The position numbers were made by a program, and so were the translations under genes. The notes under the pieces are model-generated. The model made no database searches, had not been told where the DNA came from, and was given only the letters and a program-made list of their open reading frames with translations. Positions 19,160 to 29,281 of a stretch of DNA of 64,000 nt are shown here, piece after piece (the first letter of the stretch is position 1; every line of letters begins with the position of its first letter). The stretch comes from Phycisphaerales bacterium (GTDB taxonomy: Bacteria; Planctomycetota; Phycisphaerae; Phycisphaerales; UBA1924), in assembly GCA_965227775.1 (NCBI GenBank), contig OZ245777.1:1568001-1632000 (forward strand), given 5' to 3'.

Positions 19160-21295
19160 TCAGCTGTGGCCGCTTGCGACCGCTGGTTCTTGGCCAGCCC
19201 CCTGTCTCGATGCAATGCGTGAGCGGAAGCTGACCGATGCGGCGCTCGTGCTGCGTTCGATGTCCATTCTGGACGCACGATTAAAGACCAGGCCGATCCG
19301 CCCCGCATGGAACCGACGGAGGCGGTCGATCGCTACCTTCACCAGCTTGGTGTTCTGGCCTCGCGAGACGACCATCACCACTTGGTCTACGTGAGGAACG
19401 ATCGCGTTCGCCTCTAGGCTCCCAAGGATGGGGCCGGTATCGATGACGATGGCGTCGAATCGCGAACGGAGCGAAGCGAGCAGATCGCCCATCGCCTGGC
19501 TGGATAGCTGTTCAGGATCAAACCCTTCGGCGATGCCAGCGGGCATGAAGGACAGGTTCTGGCGGTCCTCGACCTCGTGGATCTGTCCGTTCTCGTGGGC
19601 GCTCGCAATGCGGTCGGTGAGGCCCGCGAGAGTCCGCGCTGACAGGCTTGAAGTCGCACCGCGCCCGATGAGATCTGCATCAATCAACAGGGTCGAACGG
19701 CCGGCCTTTGCCATCGAAGCCGCCAACGCCCGGGCAATGGTGCTCTTTCCTTCGGCGGCCATGGCGCTTGTAACCACAATTGCACGCACGCCGGACTTCT
19801 TCGTAACCGACTCAAGCAGACTACGGATCTGGTGCACGCCCGCTTGCGCCGACTCGTCGTCCTCAAGGCGTCCCGCTTCGACCATCGGCACGAGCCCCAG
19901 GACGGGCGGCGACTCGGATTCCTCTTCAAGGTCAGCGACGAAGCGATACCGCGGGTAGAGGATGCCATAAGCCACAAACGCCGCCAGCGAGAAGCCAAAG
20001 CCGCCGGCAGCCCCCATCGCGGCAAGCGGCCTGCGACGATCCTTGCTGGGCTGGAGGGGGAACTCGGCGTCCTGGGCGATGCGAATGCGACCTTCAGTCG
20101 AGTTGGCTCGTTCGGTTGTCAGGGCCTCCAATTCGGACGCGGCAAGATCGAGCCGTTCTTGAGCGGACTGCGCTTCGATCTCATAACCACGAATATCAAG
20201 CGAGACCTCGGCAAGTTCACGGGCTTCAGCGGCCCGTTGAGCTTTGATTGCGCGAAGAGCCTCCAATCGCGGACCGAGCCCGCCAAGTCCAGCGCCGCTG
20301 CTGAGGTCCAGACCCAGCTCTTCGAGCTCGAGAATGCGTTGATCGATTCGCTTCTGGACGGACGCGAGTTCATCGCTCGCCGCCAGATAGTCCGAGTGCC
20401 GCTCGGTTACACGCGCAAGCAGGGCGACCATCGACTGCCGGAGGTCCCGGCGTTGGGTCACGAGTGCCGCCATATCCGGATCAAGTTGGGCGTAGTCATC
20501 TGCCGTGAGCGGACGGTCTGGTTCGGACGCCTCGGCCTCGGAGCTCTGTCGAAGAGACGGGAGCTCAATCTCGATCGCCTGGATCTGGCTCTCGATCGCC
20601 TCAAGTTGCTGCTGAACGAACAGCCGACGCCGTTCGAGATCGACCGTGCCCTGCTGCTCGGCGAGCATGCGCGCCTCGCGCAGGGCCGCATCACGATCCA
20701 GGCGTGCGGCTTCAGCGATTGCCTCGAGCTGTTGTTCCTGGCGATTCCACACGCTGAACGATTCTTCGTCTGCAATGTTCGCGTACTCATCGAGGATCGC
20801 TTGCGCCGCATGCGTGGCAAGTCTCGGGTCCCTCATGGTTACGCGCAGATAGATCTCTCTGCTGCGTCGCGGCACGGAGACGTCAGCCGCGTTCCGGAGC
20901 CTGACCCAGTTGGTGGGGTCCGGGGAGAGCTTGCCGTCCGACGCGAGCTGGTTAGCGGCCAGCTGCATCACGCGCGGGCTCTCTAGCGTGGTTGCCTGCG
21001 ATTGAACGAAGGAATCAAACGACGAGATGGGCTCGTTGAATTCCGTTTCGTAGATCAGTCGACGGCCGGTCGGATCAATGCTGATCACGCCTGTGCTGGT
21101 GTACACCGGGCTCATGAAGTTATGGCCAACGATTGCTCCGGGAATGGCAAGAACGGCTCCGATAGCGATGGCAAGCACATAGCGACCCCGCAGCGCACGG
21201 TGCACCAGCAGCAGGGGGTTGCCCTGCTGGGCCTGCCCGGGAGCCTCTTCGGGCTCCATCCAGGCGTCCAGGTGCGGGTCGTTATGACTGCTCAC
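19160..21295 (-). CDS. Polysaccharide co-polymerase / Wzc-like BY-kinase fusion
   Basis: Two TMs flanking a periplasmic coiled coil; PLQPSK; Walker A VTSAMAAEGKST, A' LLIDADL, B IVIDTGP. Confidence 0.9.
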   Translation of the reverse strand: MSSHNDPHLDAWMEPEEAPGQAQQGNPLLLVHRALRGRYVLAIAIGAVLAIPGAIVGHNFMSPVYTSTGVISIDPTGRRLIYETEFNEPISSFDSFVQSQATTLESPRVMQLAANQLASDGKLSPDPTNWVRLRNAADVSVPRRSREIYLRVTMRDPRLATHAAQAILDEYANIADEESFSVWNRQEQQLEAIAEAARLDRDAALREARMLAEQQGTVDLERRRLFVQQQLEAIESQIQAIEIELPSLRQSSEAEASEPDRPLTADDYAQLDPDMAALVTQRRDLRQSMVALLARVTERHSDYLAASDELASVQKRIDQRILELEELGLDLSSGAGLGGLGPRLEALRAIKAQRAAEARELAEVSLDIRGYEIEAQSAQERLDLAASELEALTTERANSTEGRIRIAQDAEFPLQPSKDRRRPLAAMGAAGGFGFSLAAFVAYGILYPRYRFVADLEEESESPPVLGLVPMVEAGRLEDDESAQAGVHQIRSLLESVTKKSGVRAIVVTSAMAAEGKSTIARALAASMAKAGRSTLLIDADLIGRGATSSLSARTLAGLTDRIASAHENGQIHEVEDRQNLSFMPAGIAEGFDPEQLSSQAMGDLLASLRSRFDAIVIDTGPILGSLEANAIVPHVDQVVMVVSRGQNTKLVKVAIDRLRRFHAGRIGLVFNRASRMDIERSTSAASVSFRSRIASRQGAGQEPAVASGHS

Positions 21296-22914
21296 GTCGG
21301 CTCCCCTTCTCCATCGCGGGGCTGGGCCACCGCATCTATCAATCCTTGCAGCTCACTGGCCACGGATCGCTCGATTTCTGTCCGTTCAGCCTCGTCCATG
21401 TCCGCATCCGTGATGATCTGGACCTGGGCGGCGCCAAGCCCCGAACTCCAACGAGTCCGGGTGACCATGTCCAGGGCGCGATCGTCGCGCCCCAATGGGC
21501 TATCGGCACGCGGAACCACGAACGTGTTTGCGATCACCTTCGCATAGCTTGCTGTGCCGTCATCGCGGGTCACGCGGTATCGCGTGATGGGTATCGGACC
21601 ATCGAATGCTCGTTGGATCGAGTCTTCGCGGGCCTCTTCCATCGTCCATCCGTTGCTCGGATAGCAGACCGGCGGGAAATGCCCCATCATATCCCGAACA
21701 TCTCCGCAATGAACAATGAGCACGGAGAAGCTCGACCCCGTCAACGGATGTCTGTACTGCCTTTGGAGCAACTTGTTCGGCCGCAACAACTCGACCGCAC
21801 CGGGCAACACCGGGGTGTCGACACCCCGATATCCATCGATGTTACTCGGCAGTTCTTCGATTGCTCGACGTACCTCACGGAAGTACGCCTCGCTACCCGA
21901 GGGCCTGATCGACCCGATCGAATAGGCGGCCATCGCGGCCAGCAAGATCGCTGTCAGCGGGCCGACGAGCATCGCTCGACCGCTCTTCGATGTGCCTGGA
22001 AGACCTCTCGCTGGCTCAACCGGCGGTTTGGTCTCGGACACGTCTTCGATCGGTAATTCAAGCCACCGTGCAAGTGCCACAGACCCCCATAGCACGCCGA
22101 GCGCGAGTGCAAGCACGAGCCAGCCGCTGACGTCGTGGGCAAAGTCAGCCGCTTCCCGATCCCAGTGACCATAGAAGTACACCGTTGGGATGAGCCTTAT
22201 GACGTTGACGATCAGAGCGACGAGCGGGCTAGCGATCAGAAGCGTGATACGCGCCCAAGGCCGCAGCGGCATCGAGAACACAAACGCGTAAGTGACGAGC
22301 GCGAGTGCCACGACCATTCGCATGCCATTACACGCCTCGGCGACGGCAACATCCACGCCGTTAATCTGCAGGACGTTGCCGGCCCTCGTCACGACCTGGC
22401 CAAAGACGTCCATGAACCACTGCGTGATTGTCGCCGAAGTCTCCTGCAACGGCAACGCGATCTGTTGGCGAACTCGGCCTGGCACCGGTACGAGGAACAG
22501 CAACGCCCCGAAAGCAGGCAACGCAGCCAGCGGCCAACGCCATCCCGCAACGGCCACCACTGGAGCGACGAACATGGCCACCATGCCCACGTCCTTGATG
22601 AGGTCGATCTGGGTGGCAAAGCCCACGAAGTCCATCGCGACGCCAAGTGCAGCGACGACAACTCCCCACAGACAATACCGAGGTTGAATCCTGGCGACTC
22701 GCTCGCGGCGCTGCCACAAGAGCAGCCCGACGACCGGGAGCACGAGCAGCATGTGTGAGTACTCGTCGCTGCGCAGCGCAAGATCGAGCACGTTGTGCCA
22801 ACTCGGCAATGCCGCCAGGACGGCGAGTACAAGCAAGACCACGAGCCACGCAAGCCGACCGGCGCTCCATGCGGCCTTCGACTCTTGTCCGGTTGTAGCT
22901 GTCGTCGTCTTCAC
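21292..22914 (-). CDS. Exosortase (EpsH) fused to an EpsI-like domain
   Basis: YSHMLLV, VAEACNGMR (Cys), NVIR (Arg), AHD (His); C-terminal GHFPPVCYPSNGW EpsI motif; GTGA overlap at 22911-22914. Confidence 0.92.
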   Translation of the reverse strand: MKTTTATTGQESKAAWSAGRLAWLVVLLVLAVLAALPSWHNVLDLALRSDEYSHMLLVLPVVGLLLWQRRERVARIQPRYCLWGVVVAALGVAMDFVGFATQIDLIKDVGMVAMFVAPVVAVAGWRWPLAALPAFGALLFLVPVPGRVRQQIALPLQETSATITQWFMDVFGQVVTRAGNVLQINGVDVAVAEACNGMRMVVALALVTYAFVFSMPLRPWARITLLIASPLVALIVNVIRLIPTVYFYGHWDREAADFAHDVSGWLVLALALGVLWGSVALARWLELPIEDVSETKPPVEPARGLPGTSKSGRAMLVGPLTAILLAAMAAYSIGSIRPSGSEAYFREVRRAIEELPSNIDGYRGVDTPVLPGAVELLRPNKLLQRQYRHPLTGSSFSVLIVHCGDVRDMMGHFPPVCYPSNGWTMEEAREDSIQRAFDGPIPITRYRVTRDDGTASYAKVIANTFVVPRADSPLGRDDRALDMVTRTRWSSGLGAAQVQIITDADMDEAERTEIERSVASELQGLIDAVAQPRDGEGEPT

Positions 22915-24131
22915 GGCGTACCTGCCATCGCGATACCACGGCCTCGAAGCTCGTCGAGCACGTTGTCCGCCTTTGCCGTCCACGTTTGTTGACGCACACG
23001 TTCGCGTCCTGGCACGGGGTCGAATGCTTCGGAAAGCGCCTCGCGGATTTGCCGGGCAAACTCTTCGTCGGTCGTACCTACCCGGACAAGCCCTTCGTAT
23101 CGGTCCAACTCCGGGAACGCCGTGCTCACGATCGGGCGACCCACCGCGAGGTACTCCTTCAGCTTCACGGGGTTGCACGCTCGGATCCACTCGCTGCGGT
23201 TCCACGGCATGATGAGCACGTCCGCCGCCGCCATATAGCCCGGAACCTCGGCGTATGGCCGCTGGCCGAGCAGCCGTACGTTGGGCAGCGTGCACCAGTC
23301 CTCGGGAAGGCTGCAACCTCCGACGAGCATGAACGTGGCCTCGGGCACCGCCTTGGCAACGGACAAGAACAACTCAGGGTCGAACGTGTGCGCATCGATC
23401 CCGCCGACGAATCCTACGAGCGGGCGCGCCAGGTCTGCGGTGTCGGCTGGTGCCGGCGTCTCGCCCAGGCCCGCCGCTTCAAACGGCCCGTAGTCCACGC
23501 CGTGGTCTACGAACGCCGAGCCCTTCGGCTGGTCTCGCTCCTGGTCCATGAGCCAGCTCGAGCAGAAGAGCGTGACATCCGCCCGCTCCTTGAGCAGGCG
23601 GTCAAATCGCGAGATTCGCTGCGGATCGACGCCTCGATACTCCTCGAACCGATCCGTGCGTTGGTAGACCACGCCCACTGGGTCGAGTGCATCGACGACG
23701 GGTTGGCCTGGTGGGCATGCGACCCAGACTAACGGGTTTTGGATGCCGGCCTTTCGGGCCGCGCGGCGCACTTGCATCGTCAACGCCCGCTCGTTCGCAC
23801 GTGCGCCCAAACCCGCCGGTGCGACGACCGGGCTGAGCACCCAGAAACGCTCACGCACCTTGGTCAGCCCGTGGCTGAAACTCCTGAGCTTACGTGCAAC
23901 CCGCTTGGCAAACATGCCACCCTTGCCCGGCTTCGGCACGCGCATGCCAATGGAGTTGACGTAGAGCACGGGCACGTGCGCGCTGAGCTCACGCATCATC
24001 TGAAGGTCGTAGTGGCCGCGGTTGTGGTACCACCAGTCAACGCCGCCGAAGCAGATCACGCCATCGAAGCTCCGCAGCGTATCCAGGCTGCCGACCGACT
24101 CGGGCGTGCGTGTGCTGGCCAGCGCCGCCAC
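22911..24131 (-). CDS. GT4-family glycosyltransferase (TuaH-like)
   Basis: VLYVNSIGMRVP, VGFVGGI, ACNPVKLKEYLAVGRPIVST. Confidence 0.88.
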   Translation of the reverse strand: MAALASTRTPESVGSLDTLRSFDGVICFGGVDWWYHNRGHYDLQMMRELSAHVPVLYVNSIGMRVPKPGKGGMFAKRVARKLRSFSHGLTKVRERFWVLSPVVAPAGLGARANERALTMQVRRAARKAGIQNPLVWVACPPGQPVVDALDPVGVVYQRTDRFEEYRGVDPQRISRFDRLLKERADVTLFCSSWLMDQERDQPKGSAFVDHGVDYGPFEAAGLGETPAPADTADLARPLVGFVGGIDAHTFDPELFLSVAKAVPEATFMLVGGCSLPEDWCTLPNVRLLGQRPYAEVPGYMAAADVLIMPWNRSEWIRACNPVKLKEYLAVGRPIVSTAFPELDRYEGLVRVGTTDEEFARQIREALSEAFDPVPGRERVRQQTWTAKADNVLDELRGRGIAMAGTP

Positions 24132-24134
24132 CGC

Positions 24135-25499
24135 TCAGGCCTTGAGAAGCCGGTCGCCCATGCCCGCGGCGTGAGACGCCATGGCGTTGCGCGTATCGAC
24201 CACGAGCGCCGCGTGCTCGGCCACCGCGGCGTAGTCGAATGCCTTGTGATTGGTCACGACGACGACTGCATCGAACTTCTTCAGGTTCTCCGGAGTCAGG
24301 TCGACCGAGTGCATCTGCAGGTCGTGCTTGCGAACCGGGACGGTCTTGGGCACGTGCGGATCGCTGTACTCGACGCTCGCACCGCGCTCGCGCAACAACT
24401 CGATGACCTCGAACGAAGGGCTCTCGCGTGTGTCGTCCACGTCGGGCTTGTACGCCAAGCCAAGCACCAGCACCTTCGAGCCGTGCACGGGCTTGCCTTT
24501 TCCATTCAGGGCAGTCGCCAGTCGATCGACCACGTACGCGGGCATCGCGTGGTTGATCTCGCCCGCCAGCTCGATGAATCGCGTGACGTGCCCGAACTCG
24601 CGGGCCTTCCAAGTCAGGTAAAACGGGTCGATCGGGATGCAGTGGCCGCCCAGGCCCGGGCCGGGGTAGAACGGCATGAAGCCGAACGGCTTGGTGCTCG
24701 CCGCCTCGATGACCTTCCACACGTCGATGCCCATGCGGGTCAGGATGAGCTTCATCTCGTTGACCATCGCGATGTTGACAGCGCGGAAGATGTTCTCGAG
24801 CAGCTTGGCGGCCTCGGCAATCTCGGCGCTGTCCACGCGGTGCAGGTTCTCGATGCCCTTGGCATACATCTGCATCGCGAGGTCGGTCGAAGCCTCATCG
24901 AGCCCACCGACCAGCTTGGGGATGGTGCTGGTCGTGTGGCTCTGGCGGCCTGGGTCCTCGCGCTCGGGCGAGTAGGCGACGAAGTAGTCCTTACCGCACT
25001 CAAGACTCACGCCCCGCTTGGAGGCCTCCCGCTCGATTGCTTCGAGGAACTCGCCGCGGGTCGTGCCGGGGTAGGTCGTCGATTCGAGGGCGATGAGCTG
25101 CCCGGCACGAAGCGTTCGGCCGATCTGCTCACCCGCGATGACCACGTAGCTGAGGTCCGGCTCGTGGTGCTTACCGAGCGGCGTGGGCAGGCACACGATG
25201 ATCACGTCTGCGTCGGCCAGGCGCGCGAAGTCGTTCGTGGCCTCGAAGCGACCACTGCTTGAGAGCGAGCGCGTCATGTCGTCGCCAAGGTGCTTGAGAT
25301 AGTTCTCGCCCCGCTCGAGCGCCTCGATCTTCGAGGAATCGACGTCGAGTCCGAGCACGGGAAGCCCGCCGTCATGCAGGCTCGCGGCCAGAGGCAGGCC
25401 CACGTATCCGAGGCCGATGACGCCCACCAAGGCGGTGTTCGCCTCGAGTTTGGACTTCAGTTCCCCCGCCGTTGTCGCATCCATCGTCGCTTCACGCAT
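24135..25499 (-). CDS. UDP-N-acetylhexosamine 6-dehydrogenase (WbpA/WecC family)
   Basis: GLGYVGLP, ESTTYPGTT, SPEREDPG, KLLENIFRAVNIA, GLGGHCIPIDP, AYKPDVDDTRESP. Confidence 0.93.
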   Translation of the reverse strand: MREATMDATTAGELKSKLEANTALVGVIGLGYVGLPLAASLHDGGLPVLGLDVDSSKIEALERGENYLKHLGDDMTRSLSSSGRFEATNDFARLADADVIIVCLPTPLGKHHEPDLSYVVIAGEQIGRTLRAGQLIALESTTYPGTTRGEFLEAIEREASKRGVSLECGKDYFVAYSPEREDPGRQSHTTSTIPKLVGGLDEASTDLAMQMYAKGIENLHRVDSAEIAEAAKLLENIFRAVNIAMVNEMKLILTRMGIDVWKVIEAASTKPFGFMPFYPGPGLGGHCIPIDPFYLTWKAREFGHVTRFIELAGEINHAMPAYVVDRLATALNGKGKPVHGSKVLVLGLAYKPDVDDTRESPSFEVIELLRERGASVEYSDPHVPKTVPVRKHDLQMHSVDLTPENLKKFDAVVVVTNHKAFDYAAVAEHAALVVDTRNAMASHAAGMGDRLLKA

Positions 25500-25567
25500 C
25501 GCTCGTCCACTCCTGGGTTTCCAGGGCTATCGGCCATCTGGAACGCCCGCATGATCCTATCAGGGAG

Positions 25568-26056
25568 CTATCGGGCCTGCGTCGGAAAGACCACGTTTCG
25601 CACGGCGGCGATCAGTGAATCTTGCGCATACGGACCGATGGAGCCGCCGGCGGTCAGTTGATCCAAACGCCCCAGCTGCTCTGTAAGTTCGCGCTCATCC
25701 ATGGCCACCGCGACCTTGCCGAGCTCGCTCAGCCTTCTGGCGGTGGCGATCTGGTGGTCGTTTCGGGTCTCTCGAAGATCACCTCGTCGGGGCATCACGA
25801 GAATGGGCTTACCCATCGTCAGCGCGGTGATGATCGATCCCATGCCGGCGTGGGCCACGATCACGTCCGCAGCCTGGGCCCTCTCGGCAAACTGGGGAGG
25901 TTCCAGGAAGCCCACGAAGTCGATGTGCTCGGGCTGGTACTCGGCCGGGCCAATCTGGGCGAATACGTCCGTCCGCCCGGCGTCCTTGGCCCAGTGATCG
26001 ACCGCTCGGATCATGCGATCGAAGGCCATCTGAGCACCGACAGTCACAAAGATCAC
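25568..26056 (-). CDS. PssE/CpsG-like glycosyltransferase subunit (GT28 C-terminal, Alg13-like)
   Basis: IFVTVG..FDRM, AHAGMGSI, PRR...NDHQ. Confidence 0.88.
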   Translation of the reverse strand: MIFVTVGAQMAFDRMIRAVDHWAKDAGRTDVFAQIGPAEYQPEHIDFVGFLEPPQFAERAQAADVIVAHAGMGSIITALTMGKPILVMPRRGDLRETRNDHQIATARRLSELGKVAVAMDERELTEQLGRLDQLTAGGSIGPYAQDSLIAAVRNVVFPTQAR

Positions 26057-26589
26057 AGCACGCTCCCGTGGCACGCTGGCGCATCCGCCCTCGCGCCGCC
26101 GCCCGCCAGGTGCGGCCACTGCGTCATCCATAGCGTCGCATGGTCCTTCACGAGCATGCCGGTCATCGACATCTCCTCGACGTTGGCGATGCTGTCCAGC
26201 CAGATCGTGCGAGCCCCAAGCAGCTTGCCCAGGCGAATGGCAAAATAACCTGGCGCGGCCCCGGTCGAGATCACCACGTTCGGGCGCGTCCGGACCATGA
26301 TCCAGACCAGCTTCAGGGCCATGCGGGCAAGGCCAACCTTGTCCCATCTCGTGGCGTCGTTGATGGCAATGAAGCGTTCGCCTGGCACGTCGGTCGCATA
26401 CGCGGGACGCACGCTCACGTAGGTCACCCGGGCTCCTTCGAATGCGGGTCGCAAGCGCAGCAGTTGCACCCAGTGTCCGCCGCCCGACGCGATCGCCAGC
26501 ACGCGCGGGGTCTGTTTGGGAGCCGCAGCATCTGCCAACGATCGAGCCCTCCGTCCGCCCGGGCTATCGGCTGTTGCTGCCGGCCTCAT
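26053..26589 (-). CDS. PssD/CpsF-like glycosyltransferase subunit (Alg14-like)
   Basis: ASGGGHWVQL, RPNVVISTGAAPG, IWLDSIAN, TQWPHL; start uncertain. Confidence 0.88.
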   Translation of the reverse strand: MRPAATADSPGGRRARSLADAAAPKQTPRVLAIASGGGHWVQLLRLRPAFEGARVTYVSVRPAYATDVPGERFIAINDATRWDKVGLARMALKLVWIMVRTRPNVVISTGAAPGYFAIRLGKLLGARTIWLDSIANVEEMSMTGMLVKDHATLWMTQWPHLAGGGARADAPACHGSVL

Positions 26590-26723
26590 GAGGGCGGGCT
26601 CCGAGGGTACGTCGGGTCGCGCCGGCGACGGTACCGCTCGACCCCGCCTGGCAGCTACCCGCCGCCTCCCAGGGGGTGTATACTCGCCCCTGTACGCCAG
26701 ACGGGCCCAGCCCCAAGGCGGTG

Positions 26724-26796
26724 GGGCAGATAGCTCAGTTGGTAGAGCACGGCATTGAAAATGCCGGTGTCCCCGGTTCAAGTCCGGGTCTGCCCA
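26724..26796 (+). tRNA. tRNA-Phe (GAA), CCA not encoded
   Basis: Acceptor GGGCAGA/TCTGCCC, D arm GCTCAGTTGGTAGAGC, anticodon arm CGGCA-TTGAAAA-TGCCG, T arm CCCGG-TTCAAGT-CCGGG. Confidence 0.97.
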
Positions 26797-26854
26797 TTCC
26801 CACCTCTCGATCCATACCAGCGTCCAAGGCCACGCTCCAGAGGCAGGTGAGGCG

Positions 26855-28288
26855 ATGTCCATCCCTCGTAGCCCGTTCTCGCGAATTGCGGTCTCCGCTA
26901 TCGCCGTGATCGGTCTCACCGCGGCGCCTGCTTGCCAGGCGCCCCGCGCCAATCTGGCGGCCATCTACGACACCCCGGCCCAGCAGATTGGCGACGAGCG
27001 CACGCCCGTTGTCGTCATTCCTGGCATTTTGGGCTCGCGGCTCGAGAATCGCGAGACCGGCCAGAAGATCTGGGGCTCGTTCACCTACGGCGCCGCCGAT
27101 GCCGACACGCCCGCAGGGGCTCGAGAGATCGCCCTGCCCATGGCCAAGGGCGTGCCCCTGCACGAACTGCGAGACAACGGTTTCAGCCCGGGCGTGCTCG
27201 ACATCCTCGTCGCGAATGTCACACCGTTCCGGCGCATCCAGATCGGGGCATACGTCGACATCCTCATGACCCTGGCGGTGGGGGAGTACAGAGACGAGGA
27301 GCTCGGCAACAGCGGCGCCGTGAACTACGGCGGTTTGCACTACACCTGCTTCCAGTACGGCTACGACTGGCGGCGCGACATCTCCGAAAACGCCGCCGAG
27401 TTGCACGCCCGCATCACCGACGCCCAGGAACAAGCACGAGCGGGCAAGGGCCTGCCCGAGGGCGAGCACGTCAAGGTCGACGTGGTCGCGCACTCCATGG
27501 GCGGGCTCGTGCTGCGGTACTACTTGCGGTACGGCGACCAGCCGCTGCCCGACGATGGTTCGCTGCCTGAGCTCAACTGGGCGGGAGCGCGAAACGTTCG
27601 CCAATCCATCCTCGTCGGCACGCCCAACGCCGGCTCGGCCAAGGCGCTCGAGCAGCTCGTCAAGGGCCTGAACCTCAACCCGCTGTTCCCCAACTACCGC
27701 CCGGCCGTACTCGGCACGATGCCCTCCATCTATCAGCTCCTGCCCCGACCACGCCACGCGACCGTCATCGATCGTGCAACCGGCAAGCCGCTCGACGTGC
27801 TCGACGTCGAGACCTGGAAGCGATTCGAGTGGGGCCTTGCCAGCCCGAAGTCAGACAAGGTGCTGCGGTGGCTGCTGCCCGAAGTCGAGAGCGAAGAAGA
27901 GCGGTCCGAGATCGCGCTCGATCACCTCGAGAAGTGCCTCGCACGCGCCGACCAGCTCTTTCGTGCGCTCGACACGCCCGCCAGCCCGCCGGAGGGCACG
28001 ACCATCTCGATCTTCATCGGCGATGCCCGCCAGACCAACAACGTACTCGCGATCGACGAAGAGGGTCGCATCCGAGTGCAAGACCGATCGCCCGGCGACG
28101 ACACGGTCACTCGCCTGAGCGCGCTCATGGACGAACGCCAAGGCCGCGAGTATGCCGCAGGCCTTGACTCTCCCATCGCGTGGGACCGCGTGCAGTTCAT
28201 CAACGCCGACCACCTCGGCCTGACGCGCTCGCCCGAGTTCGTCAACAACCTCCTCTACATGCTGCTGGAGCAGCCGGTCGAAGAGTGA
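26855..28288 (+). CDS. Lipase/acyltransferase (LCAT/PGAP1-like alpha/beta hydrolase), probable lipoprotein
   Basis: VIPGILGS, YDWRR, VAHSMGGL, GTPNAGS, GDDTV, DHLGL. Confidence 0.85.
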   Translation: MSIPRSPFSRIAVSAIAVIGLTAAPACQAPRANLAAIYDTPAQQIGDERTPVVVIPGILGSRLENRETGQKIWGSFTYGAADADTPAGAREIALPMAKGVPLHELRDNGFSPGVLDILVANVTPFRRIQIGAYVDILMTLAVGEYRDEELGNSGAVNYGGLHYTCFQYGYDWRRDISENAAELHARITDAQEQARAGKGLPEGEHVKVDVVAHSMGGLVLRYYLRYGDQPLPDDGSLPELNWAGARNVRQSILVGTPNAGSAKALEQLVKGLNLNPLFPNYRPAVLGTMPSIYQLLPRPRHATVIDRATGKPLDVLDVETWKRFEWGLASPKSDKVLRWLLPEVESEEERSEIALDHLEKCLARADQLFRALDTPASPPEGTTISIFIGDARQTNNVLAIDEEGRIRVQDRSPGDDTVTRLSALMDERQGREYAAGLDSPIAWDRVQFINADHLGLTRSPEFVNNLLYMLLEQPVEE

Positions 28289-28305
28289 ACTCGACAAACA
28301 AACGA

Positions 28306-28338
28306 ATCGCGGCCGCCCTCCCCGGGTGCGGCCGCGAT
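28306..28338. terminator. Hairpin between convergent genes, probable bidirectional terminator
   Basis: ATCGCGGCCGC...GCGGCCGCGAT 11-bp stem with A-rich flanks. Confidence 0.6.
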
Positions 28339-28377
28339 CCAAGAAACCAAGGCTGAAAACCAAGCTGAGGATGAGGG

Positions 28378-29163
28378 CTAGCGGCGGCGGCGTGCGACTA
28401 GGCCCAGGCCAGCCACCAGCCCGATGCTCGCCATGCCCGGAGCGGGCACGATCGTGATGCGGCCGATCAGGTCACCCTCGGCGAACACACGCGTGATCTC
28501 GTCACCCGGTGCGGTCGTGGTGCCGATGATCGACGCCAGGTAGTCGTCGGCGCCAGGACGCGAGAAGAAGAACTGGATGTCCTCGAACTCGGGGGTGCCG
28601 CCCGTCGCGTCGATGCCCGCAACGAACGCCGGACCGTCGGTAATGTCGTTGACCTCGGTGCCGTTGTCATACACGCTGCGGCCGAAGATGTTGATGGTGA
28701 CCGGGCCGAGGAAGTTGCCATCGGCGTCGAAGATCTCACGCGCGTTGTCGTTGCCGACGAACAGGTCATTGGTGGGCACGATCATCGACGCATAGTTGAA
28801 GTAGCGGTTGCGGGTCGCGTCGCCGACATCGAACATCATCGAAGCGCTCTCGCCGGGGCTGAACACGGGCGGGCCGCTCGGGTCGGCGAAGGTCGCGTCG
28901 ACGCCCATGGGCTGTTCCATTGCGAATCGGGTGCTCAGCGGGCCGGTGTCGCCAAGTTCAGCGATCTCGGTAATCCCGCCGGCTGCGGGCGAGCCCGCGT
29001 TGAACACGTCAAAACTGTTGTCGTGGAATCCCACCCAGAAGGGCGTGAAGGCCATGCCGCCCGGCTCCTGGAGGTTCTCGATGCGAATCTCAACGGTCTG
29101 TGCCACTGCCGGGGCGGCCGTCAGCGCCGCCAGGCCCAGCATCATCGCGGTCGTTCGGTTCAT
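28378..29163 (-). CDS. Spondin_N-domain protein with PEP-CTERM-like (VPAPG) tail
   Basis: FTPFWVGFH, IAELGD, ASMIVPTNDLF, YDNGTEVN; ends VPAPGMASIGLVAGLGLVARRRR. Confidence 0.88.
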   Translation of the reverse strand: MNRTTAMMLGLAALTAAPAVAQTVEIRIENLQEPGGMAFTPFWVGFHDNSFDVFNAGSPAAGGITEIAELGDTGPLSTRFAMEQPMGVDATFADPSGPPVFSPGESASMMFDVGDATRNRYFNYASMIVPTNDLFVGNDNAREIFDADGNFLGPVTINIFGRSVYDNGTEVNDITDGPAFVAGIDATGGTPEFEDIQFFFSRPGADDYLASIIGTTTAPGDEITRVFAEGDLIGRITIVPAPGMASIGLVAGLGLVARRRR

Positions 29164-29281
29164 CTTCTGCTTCTCCTGCGTTGGGTCTCTCCCGCATCTC
29201 CTCGCGCAGCGAACCATCGCGGCGCACCCGTTGGGTCGAGCGGCCACGCCGAGCCTTGCAGCAATCAACAGAAAATCTGGC

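Noticed and set aside
26724..26796. tRNA-Phe as an integration site for the EPS locus
   Set aside because: The locus lies on the tRNA 5' side, there is no integrase, and I saw no duplicate of the tRNA 3' end.
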